A DNA stretch of 64,000 nucleotides. Source: Alphaproteobacteria bacterium. GTDB lineage: Bacteria > Pseudomonadota > Alphaproteobacteria > CALKHQ01. Under the pieces are notes generated by a model. The model had not been told where the DNA came from. It searched no databases and worked only from the letters and a program-made list of their open reading frames with translations. Positions within the stretch are counted from its first letter, which is position 1. The number at the start of each line of letters is the position of its first letter. Made by a program: the position numbers and the translations under genes. The stretch spans positions 672,001 to 736,000 of the forward strand of contig CBDDFZ010000002.1 of assembly GCA_965227515.1 (NCBI GenBank), given 5' to 3'. Shown here one piece after another: positions 1 to 9,134 of the stretch.

Positions 1-255
1 AACCGCGACCGGCTGACGGCCATGCGCGACCACATCGAGGCACAGCACGCGGCCTCGATGAGCCGCAACAACTACGTGCTGTCCGTGGTGGCGGCGATCT
101 TCCTGCCGCTGGGGTTCCTGACCGGGCTGTTCGGGGTGAATGTCGGCGGCATGCCGGGTGTCGACTGGGCCTGGGCGTTCGCCCTGCTGACGGTCGCGAT
201 GGTCTTGATCGGCGTCGGGCTGTTCGTGGTGTTCCGACTGGCGAAATGGTTGTGA
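1..255 (+). CDS. zntB: CorA/ZntB-family divalent metal transporter, C-terminal fragment (5' end outside the window)
   Basis: IFLPLGFLTGLFGVNVGGMPG: GxN signature followed by GGMPG between two TM helices, typical of ZntB-type CorA proteins. Confidence 0.8.
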   Translation, partial: NRDRLTAMRDHIEAQHAASMSRNNYVLSVVAAIFLPLGFLTGLFGVNVGGMPGVDWAWAFALLTVAMVLIGVGLFVVFRLAKWL

Positions 256-716
256 TGAGCGCGATGAAGACACCGAATCCCGACTACGCCGAACGGCTGC
301 GCGCCAGCTTCGCGCGGCAGGGCTTGATGACCACCCTGGGCGCTGAGCTGGGCGAAATCGGGCCGGGGGCGTGCGACGTCGTGCTGCCGTACAGCGAGCG
401 GGTCACCCAGCAGCACGGCTTCTTCCACGGCGGGGCCATCGGCGCCATCGCCGATGTCGCCTGCGGCTACGCCGGCTTCACCCTGGTCGATGTCGGCTCG
501 ACCATGCTGACGGTGGAGTACAAGCTGAACCTGGTGGCACCGGGGCGCGGCGAGCGCCTGATCGCTCGCGGGCGAGTGCTCCGCCCCGGGCGGTCGCTGT
601 GCGTCGTGGAGGGGAGGGTGTACGGCGTCATCGACGGCGCGGAGAAGCTGTGCGCCGTCTCGCTGCAGACGATGATGCGAATCGACCAGCCGGCCGACGG
701 CTCGATGCCGGATTGA
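255..716 (+). CDS. PaaI-family thioesterase (hotdog fold)
   Basis: QQHGFFHGGAIGAIAD and TVEYKLNLVAP motifs; ATG overlaps the upstream TGA (TGATG). Confidence 0.9.
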   Translation: MSAMKTPNPDYAERLRASFARQGLMTTLGAELGEIGPGACDVVLPYSERVTQQHGFFHGGAIGAIADVACGYAGFTLVDVGSTMLTVEYKLNLVAPGRGERLIARGRVLRPGRSLCVVEGRVYGVIDGAEKLCAVSLQTMMRIDQPADGSMPD

Positions 717-748
717 TCCGAGCAGGCACCGGCGGCACGGATAACGCT

Positions 749-1798
749 ATGCCCACTGCCATAGGCCACGAGGCACTGCGGACTTTCGCCTGTTCGTACT
801 ACCAGGCATGCGGCCTGACTTTGCCCGATGCGGCCCTGGTCGCGGATACCCTTGTGCAGGCCGACTTGTGGGGGCACTCCTCCCATGGAGTCTTGCGCCT
901 GGGATGGTACGGCGCGCGCCTGCGCAGCGGTGCGACCCGCGCCACGGCCAACCCGAATGCCGTCATGCAGGCCGGCGCGCTCTGCGTTCTCGACGGAGAA
1001 AATGCCATGGGGCAGGTAGTCGCCGACCGCGCGATGGCGATGGCCATCGACGCGGCGAAGGCGCATGGCGTCGGGGCGGTCTCCGTGCGCAACTCCGGTC
1101 ATTTCGGCACAGCCATGTATTTCACGCGGCAGGCGGCGCGCGCCGGTTGCATTGGCTTCATGTCGACCAACGCCAGTCCGGCGATGGCACCATGGGGCGG
1201 TCGCACGGCGGAGGTCGGCACCAACCCGTGGTCGATTGCGGCACCGGCTGGCAGCCATCCGCCGATGATGCTGGACATAGCCAATACGGCCGTTGCGCGC
1301 GGCAAGCTACACGCGGCCAAGGATCGAGGCGACGCGATCCCCGGGGATTGGGCGCTCGATGCCGAAGGCCAGGCGACGGTCGACGCCGCCGCCGGCATAG
1401 CCGGCAGCCTGTTGCCGATGGGCGGCCACAAGGGATACGCGATTGCCGTGATGATGGACGTCATCTCCGGCGTCTTGTCGGGCAGCGCGTTCGGAGGTGC
1501 CGTGACCGGACCCTACAATCCGGAGGGCACCAGCGGGGCGGGCCATCTGGCGCTGGCGATCGATGTGGCGGGCTGCCGGCCCTTGGCCGCGTTCGAGGCC
1601 GACATGGACCGCTTGATTGCGCAACTCAAGGCGGCACCCAAGGCCCGCGACTGCGATGAGATATTCTATCCCGGTGAGCGCGAGGCGCGTGCCGACGCGC
1701 GCCACCGGGCCAACGGCCTGACGATCAGTGACGCTACGTGGCGCACGTTGGAGGAGGAAGCGGCCGTCGCGGGTATCGCGCCGCCCGACCCGGTCTGA
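749..1798 (+). CDS. Ldh_2-family oxidoreductase (malate/L-lactate/ureidoglycolate dehydrogenase type)
   Basis: GHSSHGV, RNSGHFG, GTNPWS, LPMGGHKGY and YPGE motifs; start placed at ATG 749. Confidence 0.9.
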   Translation: MPTAIGHEALRTFACSYYQACGLTLPDAALVADTLVQADLWGHSSHGVLRLGWYGARLRSGATRATANPNAVMQAGALCVLDGENAMGQVVADRAMAMAIDAAKAHGVGAVSVRNSGHFGTAMYFTRQAARAGCIGFMSTNASPAMAPWGGRTAEVGTNPWSIAAPAGSHPPMMLDIANTAVARGKLHAAKDRGDAIPGDWALDAEGQATVDAAAGIAGSLLPMGGHKGYAIAVMMDVISGVLSGSAFGGAVTGPYNPEGTSGAGHLALAIDVAGCRPLAAFEADMDRLIAQLKAAPKARDCDEIFYPGEREARADARHRANGLTISDATWRTLEEEAAVAGIAPPDPV

Positions 1799-1813
1799 CG
1801 GACCAGGTCGTCG

Positions 1814-2278
1814 CTACTCGCAGGCGTTGCCGGGCATCAGCACGCCGCTCGACTGCACCGTGCCGACGGTGGTGAACAGCGTCATGTCGTTGCCGTCCAT
1901 GGCGACCGGGCCGCAGGTCTGCTCGCCCGACTCATGGATCACGCACAGCTCGTCTGACTCGGCCATCCAGCCCAGGCGATAGATGCCGTCGTCATGGCCG
2001 TCATAACCGACCATCACGCCGTCGTCGCCGAAGTACTCGCAGACCTGCATGCCATCGGCCAGCGTGCCGACCATCGACATGCCGCCGATGATCTGGCCCA
2101 GCGCAATCGAAGGTGCGCCGCCGCCGCTCGCCGGATTGAGCGCGGCCTCGGGAAAGTTGACGCCGCGTGTGCTGCCGCTGCTGCCAGCCGTGCCGCTGCG
2201 CCCGGTGCTCTGACAGGCCGCGGTGAAAAGAATGGCGCTTGCGGCAAGCGCAATGCCGAATGTGCGATGAAGGGCCAT
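1814..2278 (-). CDS. Hypothetical lipoprotein, paralogue of 2398-2787
   Basis: Signal peptide ending FTAAC; GGAGG RBS before ATG 2278; shares CEY..G...GYD, W...LC, C and PGN.C with its neighbour. Confidence 0.75.
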   Translation of the reverse strand: MALHRTFGIALAASAILFTAACQSTGRSGTAGSSGSTRGVNFPEAALNPASGGGAPSIALGQIIGGMSMVGTLADGMQVCEYFGDDGVMVGYDGHDDGIYRLGWMAESDELCVIHESGEQTCGPVAMDGNDMTLFTTVGTVQSSGVLMPGNACE

Positions 2279-2363
2279 AGCCGCCTCCCAAAAGATCACC
2301 CCCGGAGACGACTATGGCGCCGATATCTTTACCGCCGGTTAACCGATTCTTGCGGTTCCTTAA

Positions 2364-2414
2364 TCAGCAGGAATTGCCCCTCAACAAGAATTGCCCCTCA
2401 GCAAGAATTCCCGG
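2364..2414. repeat. Three imperfect 17-bp tandem repeats (TCAGCAAGAATTGCCCC-like); the last includes the stop codon of 2398-2787
   Basis: tcagcaggaattgcccc / tcaacaagaattgcccc / tcagcaagaattcccgg read directly. Confidence 0.85.
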
Positions 2415-2787
2415 GGCGCATGGTGCCCTCGGCGTTCATGTCGCCCGTGGCGGCATCGAAATAGGCGACCCGGTTGCCGACGACAGTGACCCGCTTGCAC
2501 GAGCGGAACGAGCCGCCGCCCGCGATGCAGAGCTGCTCGTTCTCCACCGTCCAGTTGAACGTGGTGCCGCCCTCGTCATACCCGATGAGCTGGCCATTGG
2601 CGCTGTAGTACTCGCAGAATGGCGACCCGTCCGCCTGGGTGCCGCGCACGGAGTTGTTGGACAGCACCTGCTGCAGCGACGGCGTCGGCTGGGCGAATGT
2701 CGTCTGCACCGGGGCATCGCCGCAGCCGGCCAGGGTGCCGGTCGCGGCCAGCAGGGCCGCTCCGGCAACGGATTTGAGCACGTACAT
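2398..2787 (-). CDS. Hypothetical lipoprotein, paralogue of 1814-2278
   Basis: Lipobox LAGC; four further Cys conserved with the neighbour. Confidence 0.78.
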   Translation of the reverse strand: MYVLKSVAGAALLAATGTLAGCGDAPVQTTFAQPTPSLQQVLSNNSVRGTQADGSPFCEYYSANGQLIGYDEGGTTFNWTVENEQLCIAGGGSFRSCKRVTVVGNRVAYFDAATGDMNAEGTMRPGNSC

Positions 2788-2887
2788 CGGTGGGTCCCCT
2801 CATAGGTTCTTGTTTCGATGTCCTATACTGACAAGCTGCGGCCCTGCGGTCCATGGCGTTGCGCAACGTCGCGCCGCAGCGTCCCGC

Positions 2888-4021
2888 TCAGCCCGTCAGC
2901 ACGATGGTGCTGTCCGGTGCCCAGGTCAGGCCGATCTCGGCACCCGGCGCCAGACCCTCCGCCGCCATGGCGGACGCATTCGGCGCACTGACCGTGATCA
3001 GGCGCCCGCCGGGCAGTTCGACGTGGCTGACCACGCTGGTCCCCAGATAGGCGGCCTCGCGCACGATGGCGTGGCTGGCATTGGTCCCGTTGGTCGGGTC
3101 GAGGGTGCCGGCCGGGCCGATGTGAAAGCGTTCCGGGCGCACCGCCAGCCACACGGCGCTGCCGGGCGACGGCGCCGGTGCGCTGCCGTCGATGGCGGCC
3201 TGTACCGGCCGCTCCAGCTCGGGGCAGGCGACCGTGATGCGGCCTTCCTCCACCGCCTCCACCGTGCCCTCGAACTGGTTGATGGTGCCCACGAAGTCGG
3301 CGACGAAGCGACTGGCCGGGCGCTCGTAGATGTCGGCCGGCGCGCCGATCTGCGCGATCTGGCCGGCGTTCATCACCCCGATGCGCGAGGCGACGCCCAT
3401 CGCCTCCTCCTGGTCGTGTGTGACGATGACGAAGGTGATGCCGACTTCGGCCTGCAGGCGCTTCAGCTCGAACTGCATGTCGGCGCGCAGCTTGCGGTCC
3501 AGCGCCGACAGCGGCTCGTCCAGCAGCAGCACCTTCGGCCGCTTGACCAGCGCGCGGGCGAGCGCGACGCGCTGGCGCTGGCCGCCGGAAAGCTGGTCCG
3601 GCTTGCGGTTGTCGAAGCCCTCCAGCCGCACCATCGCCAGGGCGGCGGCGACCCGGTCGCGGATTTCGGCCGACGGTGTGCCGCTGACCCTGAGCCCATA
3701 GGCGACGTTCTGCCAGACCGTCATGTAGGGGAACACCGCGTAGGACTGGAACACCATGTTGACCGGCCGGCGGTTCGGCGGCACGCCGGTCATGTCCTGG
3801 CCGTCCAGCATCACCGACCCGGAATCCGGGGTCTCGAACCCGGCCAGCATGCGCAACAACGTGGTCTTGCCGCAGCCGGACGGTCCCAGCAGCGCGAAGA
3901 ACTCGTTGCGCTTGATCGTCAGCGACACGTCGTCGACCGCGGTCATCGCGCCGAACGCCTTGCGTGCCGCGCGGACCTCGATGATCGCCGATCCCGCCAC
4001 GGTGTCCATGTGACCGCTCAT
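2888..4021 (-). CDS. potA: Polyamine ABC transporter ATP-binding protein
   Basis: GPSGCGKTT, VFQSYAVFP, LSGGQRQR, LLLDEP, VTHDQEEA, C-terminal TOBE region; start overlaps the potC stop. Confidence 0.9.
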   Translation of the reverse strand: MSGHMDTVAGSAIIEVRAARKAFGAMTAVDDVSLTIKRNEFFALLGPSGCGKTTLLRMLAGFETPDSGSVMLDGQDMTGVPPNRRPVNMVFQSYAVFPYMTVWQNVAYGLRVSGTPSAEIRDRVAAALAMVRLEGFDNRKPDQLSGGQRQRVALARALVKRPKVLLLDEPLSALDRKLRADMQFELKRLQAEVGITFVIVTHDQEEAMGVASRIGVMNAGQIAQIGAPADIYERPASRFVADFVGTINQFEGTVEAVEEGRITVACPELERPVQAAIDGSAPAPSPGSAVWLAVRPERFHIGPAGTLDPTNGTNASHAIVREAAYLGTSVVSHVELPGGRLITVSAPNASAMAAEGLAPGAEIGLTWAPDSTIVLTG

Positions 4022-4950
4022 GACGGCGTCTCCTCTGCGGTGGCCTTCGCCGCATCCGTTTCGGCCCGCGTCACCGGCGATTGCATCCTGAGTGCGAGCA
4101 CGGTCAGCACCAGGGTGATGACGATCAGCACGGTGGAGGCGGCGTTGACCTCGGGCGTCACGCTGAAACGGACCATCGAGTAGATCTTGATCGGCAAGGT
4201 CGGCGTGTCGGGACCGGCGGTGAAGAAGGTGATCACGAAGTCGTCCAGCGACAGTGTGAAGGCCAGCAGGGCGCCGGCGATCAGCCCCACCTTCATGTGC
4301 GGCAGCACGATGGAGCGGAACGTCTGCCACTCGCTGGCCCCAAGGTCGCGCGACGCCTCCACCAGCGATTGGTCGAAGCTGGCCAGCCGGGCGCGCACCA
4401 CCACGGCGACGAACGGGAAGCAGAACGCGATGTGCGCGGCGGTGATGGCGGAAAGGTTGAGCGGCCAGGGCGCGTTCTGCGCGCAGTCCAACAGGCCGCC
4501 GCCGCCCCCGCTTTCACCCACCGGCGAGCACTCGAACCAGCCGATGCGGGTGAAGAACACCATCATCGCCACGCCCAGGCAGATCTCCGGGATCACGATG
4601 GGTAGCGCGTTCAGCCCTTCGAACACCGGCTTGAACGGGAAACGGAAGCGATGGAGCGCCAGCGCCACAAGCCCGCCGATAACGGTCGACACCACCGTCG
4701 CCACCAGCGCGATGGTCATGGAGTTGGCGAACGCCTCGATCAGGCTGTCGTTCTCGGCGGCGGCCTCGTAGTACTTCAGGGTGAAGCCGTTCCAGACGAT
4801 GTTGCGCCGGCTGTCGTTGAAGCTGAACGCCACCAGCGTGATGATCGGCAGGTACAGGAACACCAGCGTCACCAGCATGACCGCGCGGACCCAGCGCTTG
4901 CGCGCGAAGTCGAGCGGGCCGGGCGGCGGCTTCCTGCGGAACGGCTTCAT
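4018..4950 (-). CDS. potC: Polyamine ABC transporter permease (PotC/PotI type)
   Basis: FLYLPI..LVAFSFN, EASRDLGAS (EAA loop), LSLDDFVIT, TPEVNA. Confidence 0.88.
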   Translation of the reverse strand: MKPFRRKPPPGPLDFARKRWVRAVMLVTLVFLYLPIITLVAFSFNDSRRNIVWNGFTLKYYEAAAENDSLIEAFANSMTIALVATVVSTVIGGLVALALHRFRFPFKPVFEGLNALPIVIPEICLGVAMMVFFTRIGWFECSPVGESGGGGGLLDCAQNAPWPLNLSAITAAHIAFCFPFVAVVVRARLASFDQSLVEASRDLGASEWQTFRSIVLPHMKVGLIAGALLAFTLSLDDFVITFFTAGPDTPTLPIKIYSMVRFSVTPEVNAASTVLIVITLVLTVLALRMQSPVTRAETDAAKATAEETPS

Positions 4951-5867
4951 CGGCGACCTTCCCGCCGCTCGCGCTTTCGACTGGCCAGGCTGTGCAGGGC
5001 CAGCGCGCCGAAGGTGGCATACAGCAACAGGAACGAGAGCGCCGCCCCGAACGGCCAGTTGTTGGCGGCGCTGAACTGACGCTCGATGACGTTGGCGATC
5101 ATCGAGTCCTCGGTGCCGCCCAGCAGCTCCGGCGTCAGGAACGAGCCCAGGGCGGGGATGAACACCAGGATGGTGCCGGAGATGATGCCGGGCAGCGCCA
5201 GCGGCACCACCACGCTGAAGAAGGTGCGGGCCTGGCTGGCGCCCAAGTCCAGGCTTGCCTCCAGATAGGACTTGTCCATCCGCTCGACCGCGGCATAGAG
5301 CGGCAGCACCATGAACGGCAGGTGCACGTAGACCAGCCCGATCAGCACGCCGATCCAGTTGTACAGCATGGCCAACGGCTCGAATTCGCCGAGCACGGTC
5401 TCGTTGCCGAGTCCGAGCCAGACCATCACGCCGTCAACCTGTTCCCACACCCATTCCAGGCCGAAATTGACGTGGCCACGGGTGCGGAATACCGCGATCA
5501 GCGCATAGGTGCGGATCAGAAGGTTGGTCCAGAACGGCAGGATGATCGCCAGCAGCAGCAACGGCTTCCAGCGCGGCGGTGCGTACGCGATGCACAGCGC
5601 CACCGGCAGGCCAAGCATCAGGCAGATCAGCGTGGTCAGCGCGCCCATCCACAACGAGCGGCCGAAAATCTGCAGGTACTCGGGCTGGAACGCCCGCAGG
5701 TACTGGTCCAGGTCCCAGTCGATCGACACCTCGACCAGGTCGACCTGCTCGCCGAAGCTGAGCACCCACACCAGCGACAGCGGGATCAGGAAGAACAGTA
5801 CCAGCCAGACCGCGGCCGGCGACATCAGCACGGCGAAGGCGCCCGGTGCCCGCCGCCAGTTCTCCAT
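4947..5867 (-). CDS. potB: Polyamine ABC transporter permease (PotB/PotH type)
   Basis: LPFWTNLLIRTYA, LPFMVLPLY, EASLDLGAS, NWPFGAALS. Confidence 0.88.
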   Translation of the reverse strand: MENWRRAPGAFAVLMSPAAVWLVLFFLIPLSLVWVLSFGEQVDLVEVSIDWDLDQYLRAFQPEYLQIFGRSLWMGALTTLICLMLGLPVALCIAYAPPRWKPLLLLAIILPFWTNLLIRTYALIAVFRTRGHVNFGLEWVWEQVDGVMVWLGLGNETVLGEFEPLAMLYNWIGVLIGLVYVHLPFMVLPLYAAVERMDKSYLEASLDLGASQARTFFSVVVPLALPGIISGTILVFIPALGSFLTPELLGGTEDSMIANVIERQFSAANNWPFGAALSFLLLYATFGALALHSLASRKRERREGRR

Positions 5868-5928
5868 CGTCAGGTCGCCGCCTGTTTCGGCCGGGGTGTG
5901 CCCATCGGCGTGGACGCGTCCGTTGCGG

Positions 5929-8900
5929 CTATTCGGCCGGTGCGTCGACCATGCGGCCGGCCCGTCCCTGTTTCGACCGCGCCTCGATGGTGGCGACGAA
6001 CAGCGACATCAGCGGCGGCACGATGGCCAGCGTCAGCACCGCCGACAGCATCAGGCCGCCGACCACCACCGAACCCAGCCCGCGATAGAGTTCCGAGCCG
6101 GCGCCGGGGAACAGCACCAGCGGCAGCATGCCGAACACGCTGGTCAGGGTCGACATAAAGATCGGCCGGATACGGTTCTTGGTCGCGTGGGTGATGGCGT
6201 CGTCGGGCGCCATGCCCTCGACCCTGATGTTGTACAGGGTCTGGTGGACCAGCAGGATGGCGTTGTTGACGACGATGCCGATCAGGATGACGAAGCCCAG
6301 CATGGTCAGCATGTCCAGCTTCTGGTCCTGATAGAGGTTGAGGACCGCCAAGCCCATCAGGCCGCCGGCCGCCGCCACCGGCACCGCCAGCATGATGATG
6401 ACCGGGTACAAGAAGCTCTCGAACAGCACGGCCATCACCAGGTAGACGATGGCGACCGCCATCAACAGGTTCAGCACCAGCGCGTCCCAGGTCTGGGTCA
6501 GCTTGTCGGCCGTGCCCGACAGCGAGAACTGCACGTCGCCGACCTGGTTTTGCGCCTGCATCGGCTCGACCACGTTGGCGCGGACCTGGTTCATCGCCGC
6601 TTCCAGCGGCACCGCTGCATTGGGCGTGATCTGGAGCGTGACCGTGCGGCTGCGCTCAAGGTGGCGAATCTCGGTCGGGCCAGCGGTGAACTCGACCCGG
6701 GCCAGCGAGCTGACAGGCACGATCTCGCCATCGGCGGTCACCACCGGCAAGGCGCCGATCTGCTGGGTGGAGGTGGCCCCATCGCCCTGGCCGGCAAGCA
6801 CCAGGTCGACGCGCTCGTTGCCCACGGTGACCTGGGCGACTCGCAAGCCGTCGTTGAAGGCATCGACCGTCAGGCCCAGGTCGAGCGCGGTCACACCATT
6901 GTCGGCCAGCCGCATCCGGTCCGGATAGACCCGCACTTCGGGCGCGCCCAGCGTCAGGTCCGGCAGCGGGCGGATCTGGTTGCCCTGGTCCATCGGCAGC
7001 ACGCCCATGGTCATGCCGAACGATTGCTGCGCCAGGCCCAGGATCTGCTCCAGGTCGCCGCCGGAAATATCCAGGTCGATGGTGCGCCCGCCGCCGACGC
7101 CACGGCCGAACAGCGACGGCTGGAAGAAGAAGCCGAAGGTGCCTGGCTCCTGGAACACCGCGTTGCGCATGATCGGGATCAGCTCGGCCGCGCGATCCTC
7201 CTCGGCCGACGCGCCGCCGACGAACGCGCCGCCGCCGAAGGCGACCGCGAAGAACGCCTCGAACGCCGGGACCTCGGCGGTCGACTCGTATGGGCTCTCG
7301 CCATAGGCCCAGTACTGCCGCGTCCCGTCCTCGATCCGCTCCAGGATGCCGGAGGTGGTCTCGACGTTGTAGCCCGGCGGCGGCAGCACGACGCCGAAGA
7401 TGAAATTCTGGTTGCCGGTGGGCAGATAGTCCAGCGCCGGCCGGAACACGACCACGAACAGGCCGGCCAGCACCGTGATGACCGCGACCATGCCGAGGGC
7501 GAACAGCTTCGACCGTACCACGAACCGCGCAAACCGCGTCGCAAGCGACACGAACCCGCGGCCGAAATCGTCGATACCCGGCAGCCGGAACGTCGAGCCA
7601 CCGCTGATGTTGCCGGCCAGCAGGCGGTTGGAGAGCGCCGGGATCACGGTGATCGCGACCACCAGCGACAGCAACACCGAGACCGAGATCGCCACCGCAA
7701 TGTCGCGGAATAACTGGCCGACCTCCTGCTCCATGGTCAGGATCGGCACGAACACCAGCACGGTGGTGAGCGCCGACACCAGCACCGCGCCCCACACCTG
7801 GGACGCGCCCTTGTAGGCGGCCTCGAACTTGGAGAGCCCCTCCTGGCGCAATCGGTAGATGTTTTCCAGCACCACGATGGCGGCGTCGACCACCATGCCG
7901 ACCGAGAACGCGATGCCGGCCAGCGAGACCACGTTCAGCGAGCGGCCGAACGCGGCCATGGCGACGAAGGCGCCGACCACCGACACCGGGATCGCCAGCG
8001 TCACCACCAGGGTCGCCCGCCACGAGCGCAGGAACACCATCAGCACGATGGCGGCCAGGATGCCGCCGAACAGGATGTTGGACCGAACCAGGTCGATGGC
8101 GCTGTCGATGTACTCGGTCTCGTCGTAGACCTGCTGCAAGGTCAGCCCGGCTTCGGGCACCACCCGCGCGTTCAGTTCGTCGACGGCGGCGCGCACGCCC
8201 TCCATGGTCTGGATGACGTTGGCGCCGGCCTCGCGCACCGCGTTGAACACCAGTGCCGACTCGCCGAAGAAGCGGATTTCGGCGCCCGGCTCGTGATAGG
8301 CGAAGAACACCTCCGCCACGTCGCCGACGGTCACCCGGCCGACCCGGCCGCCCTCGTCGCTGTCGCTGCGCAGCAGCACCGCGCGCACGGCCTCCGGCGT
8401 GTTGAGCTCGCCCTCGGTGCGCACCGTGTAACGGCGCTTGCCCTCGTCGACATCGCCGGCCGACAGTGAGGAATTGGCGGCGCGCAGGGCAGCGACCACC
8501 TGGCTGACCGTCAGCCGGTATTCCGCCAGCAGGCGCGGGTTGACCTCGATCCTCAGCTCACGGGTCTCGCCGCCATAGACATTAACGCCACCGACGCCGT
8601 CCACCCGCTCGATGCGCTCGGCGATGATGTCCTCGACGAAGTCGCCGAACGTGTGCATCGGCTGCTCGACGCCATCCAGGCGGCGCAGGATGAACCAGGC
8701 GATGGCGTTGTCGTCCTGGCCGGCGGTGCTGAGCGTGGGCTCGCTGGCCTCGTCGGGATAGTTGGACACCCTGTCCAGCCGGTTGGAGACCAGCAGCAGG
8801 GCCTTGTCCATGTCCTGGCCGACGGTGAACTCCAGGGTGATCTCGCCCTCGCCGTTCTTCGAGGCGCTGGTGATGCGTTGCAGGCCCTCGATGCCCTTCA

Positions 8901-9111
8901 GCACCTCTTCCTGCTCGTTGACGATCTCGCGCTCGATCTCTGCTGGCGCCGCGCCGGGCCATTGGGTCGTGACGTTGATCACCGGCTGGCGCACGTCGGG
9001 CGCGAGCTGGATCGGGATCGTGGTCAGCGCCAGATAGCCGAACAGCAGCACCAGCAGGACCGCGGCGATAACCGCGACCGGCCGGGTGATCGAAAAGCGG
9101 ATCAGGTCCAT
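5929..9111 (-). CDS. RND efflux permease (AcrB/AcrD/AcrF family)
   Basis: 1060 aa; GMVVDAAIVVLENI, GIVVNNAILLV and RIRPIFMSTLT motifs; two-fold TM/periplasmic architecture. Confidence 0.95.
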   Translation of the reverse strand: MDLIRFSITRPVAVIAAVLLVLLFGYLALTTIPIQLAPDVRQPVINVTTQWPGAAPAEIEREIVNEQEEVLKGIEGLQRITSASKNGEGEITLEFTVGQDMDKALLLVSNRLDRVSNYPDEASEPTLSTAGQDDNAIAWFILRRLDGVEQPMHTFGDFVEDIIAERIERVDGVGGVNVYGGETRELRIEVNPRLLAEYRLTVSQVVAALRAANSSLSAGDVDEGKRRYTVRTEGELNTPEAVRAVLLRSDSDEGGRVGRVTVGDVAEVFFAYHEPGAEIRFFGESALVFNAVREAGANVIQTMEGVRAAVDELNARVVPEAGLTLQQVYDETEYIDSAIDLVRSNILFGGILAAIVLMVFLRSWRATLVVTLAIPVSVVGAFVAMAAFGRSLNVVSLAGIAFSVGMVVDAAIVVLENIYRLRQEGLSKFEAAYKGASQVWGAVLVSALTTVLVFVPILTMEQEVGQLFRDIAVAISVSVLLSLVVAITVIPALSNRLLAGNISGGSTFRLPGIDDFGRGFVSLATRFARFVVRSKLFALGMVAVITVLAGLFVVVFRPALDYLPTGNQNFIFGVVLPPPGYNVETTSGILERIEDGTRQYWAYGESPYESTAEVPAFEAFFAVAFGGGAFVGGASAEEDRAAELIPIMRNAVFQEPGTFGFFFQPSLFGRGVGGGRTIDLDISGGDLEQILGLAQQSFGMTMGVLPMDQGNQIRPLPDLTLGAPEVRVYPDRMRLADNGVTALDLGLTVDAFNDGLRVAQVTVGNERVDLVLAGQGDGATSTQQIGALPVVTADGEIVPVSSLARVEFTAGPTEIRHLERSRTVTLQITPNAAVPLEAAMNQVRANVVEPMQAQNQVGDVQFSLSGTADKLTQTWDALVLNLLMAVAIVYLVMAVLFESFLYPVIIMLAVPVAAAGGLMGLAVLNLYQDQKLDMLTMLGFVILIGIVVNNAILLVHQTLYNIRVEGMAPDDAITHATKNRIRPIFMSTLTSVFGMLPLVLFPGAGSELYRGLGSVVVGGLMLSAVLTLAIVPPLMSLFVATIEARSKQGRAGRMVDAPAE

Positions 9112-9134
9112 GGCTGAATGGCCCCCGTCCTAGC

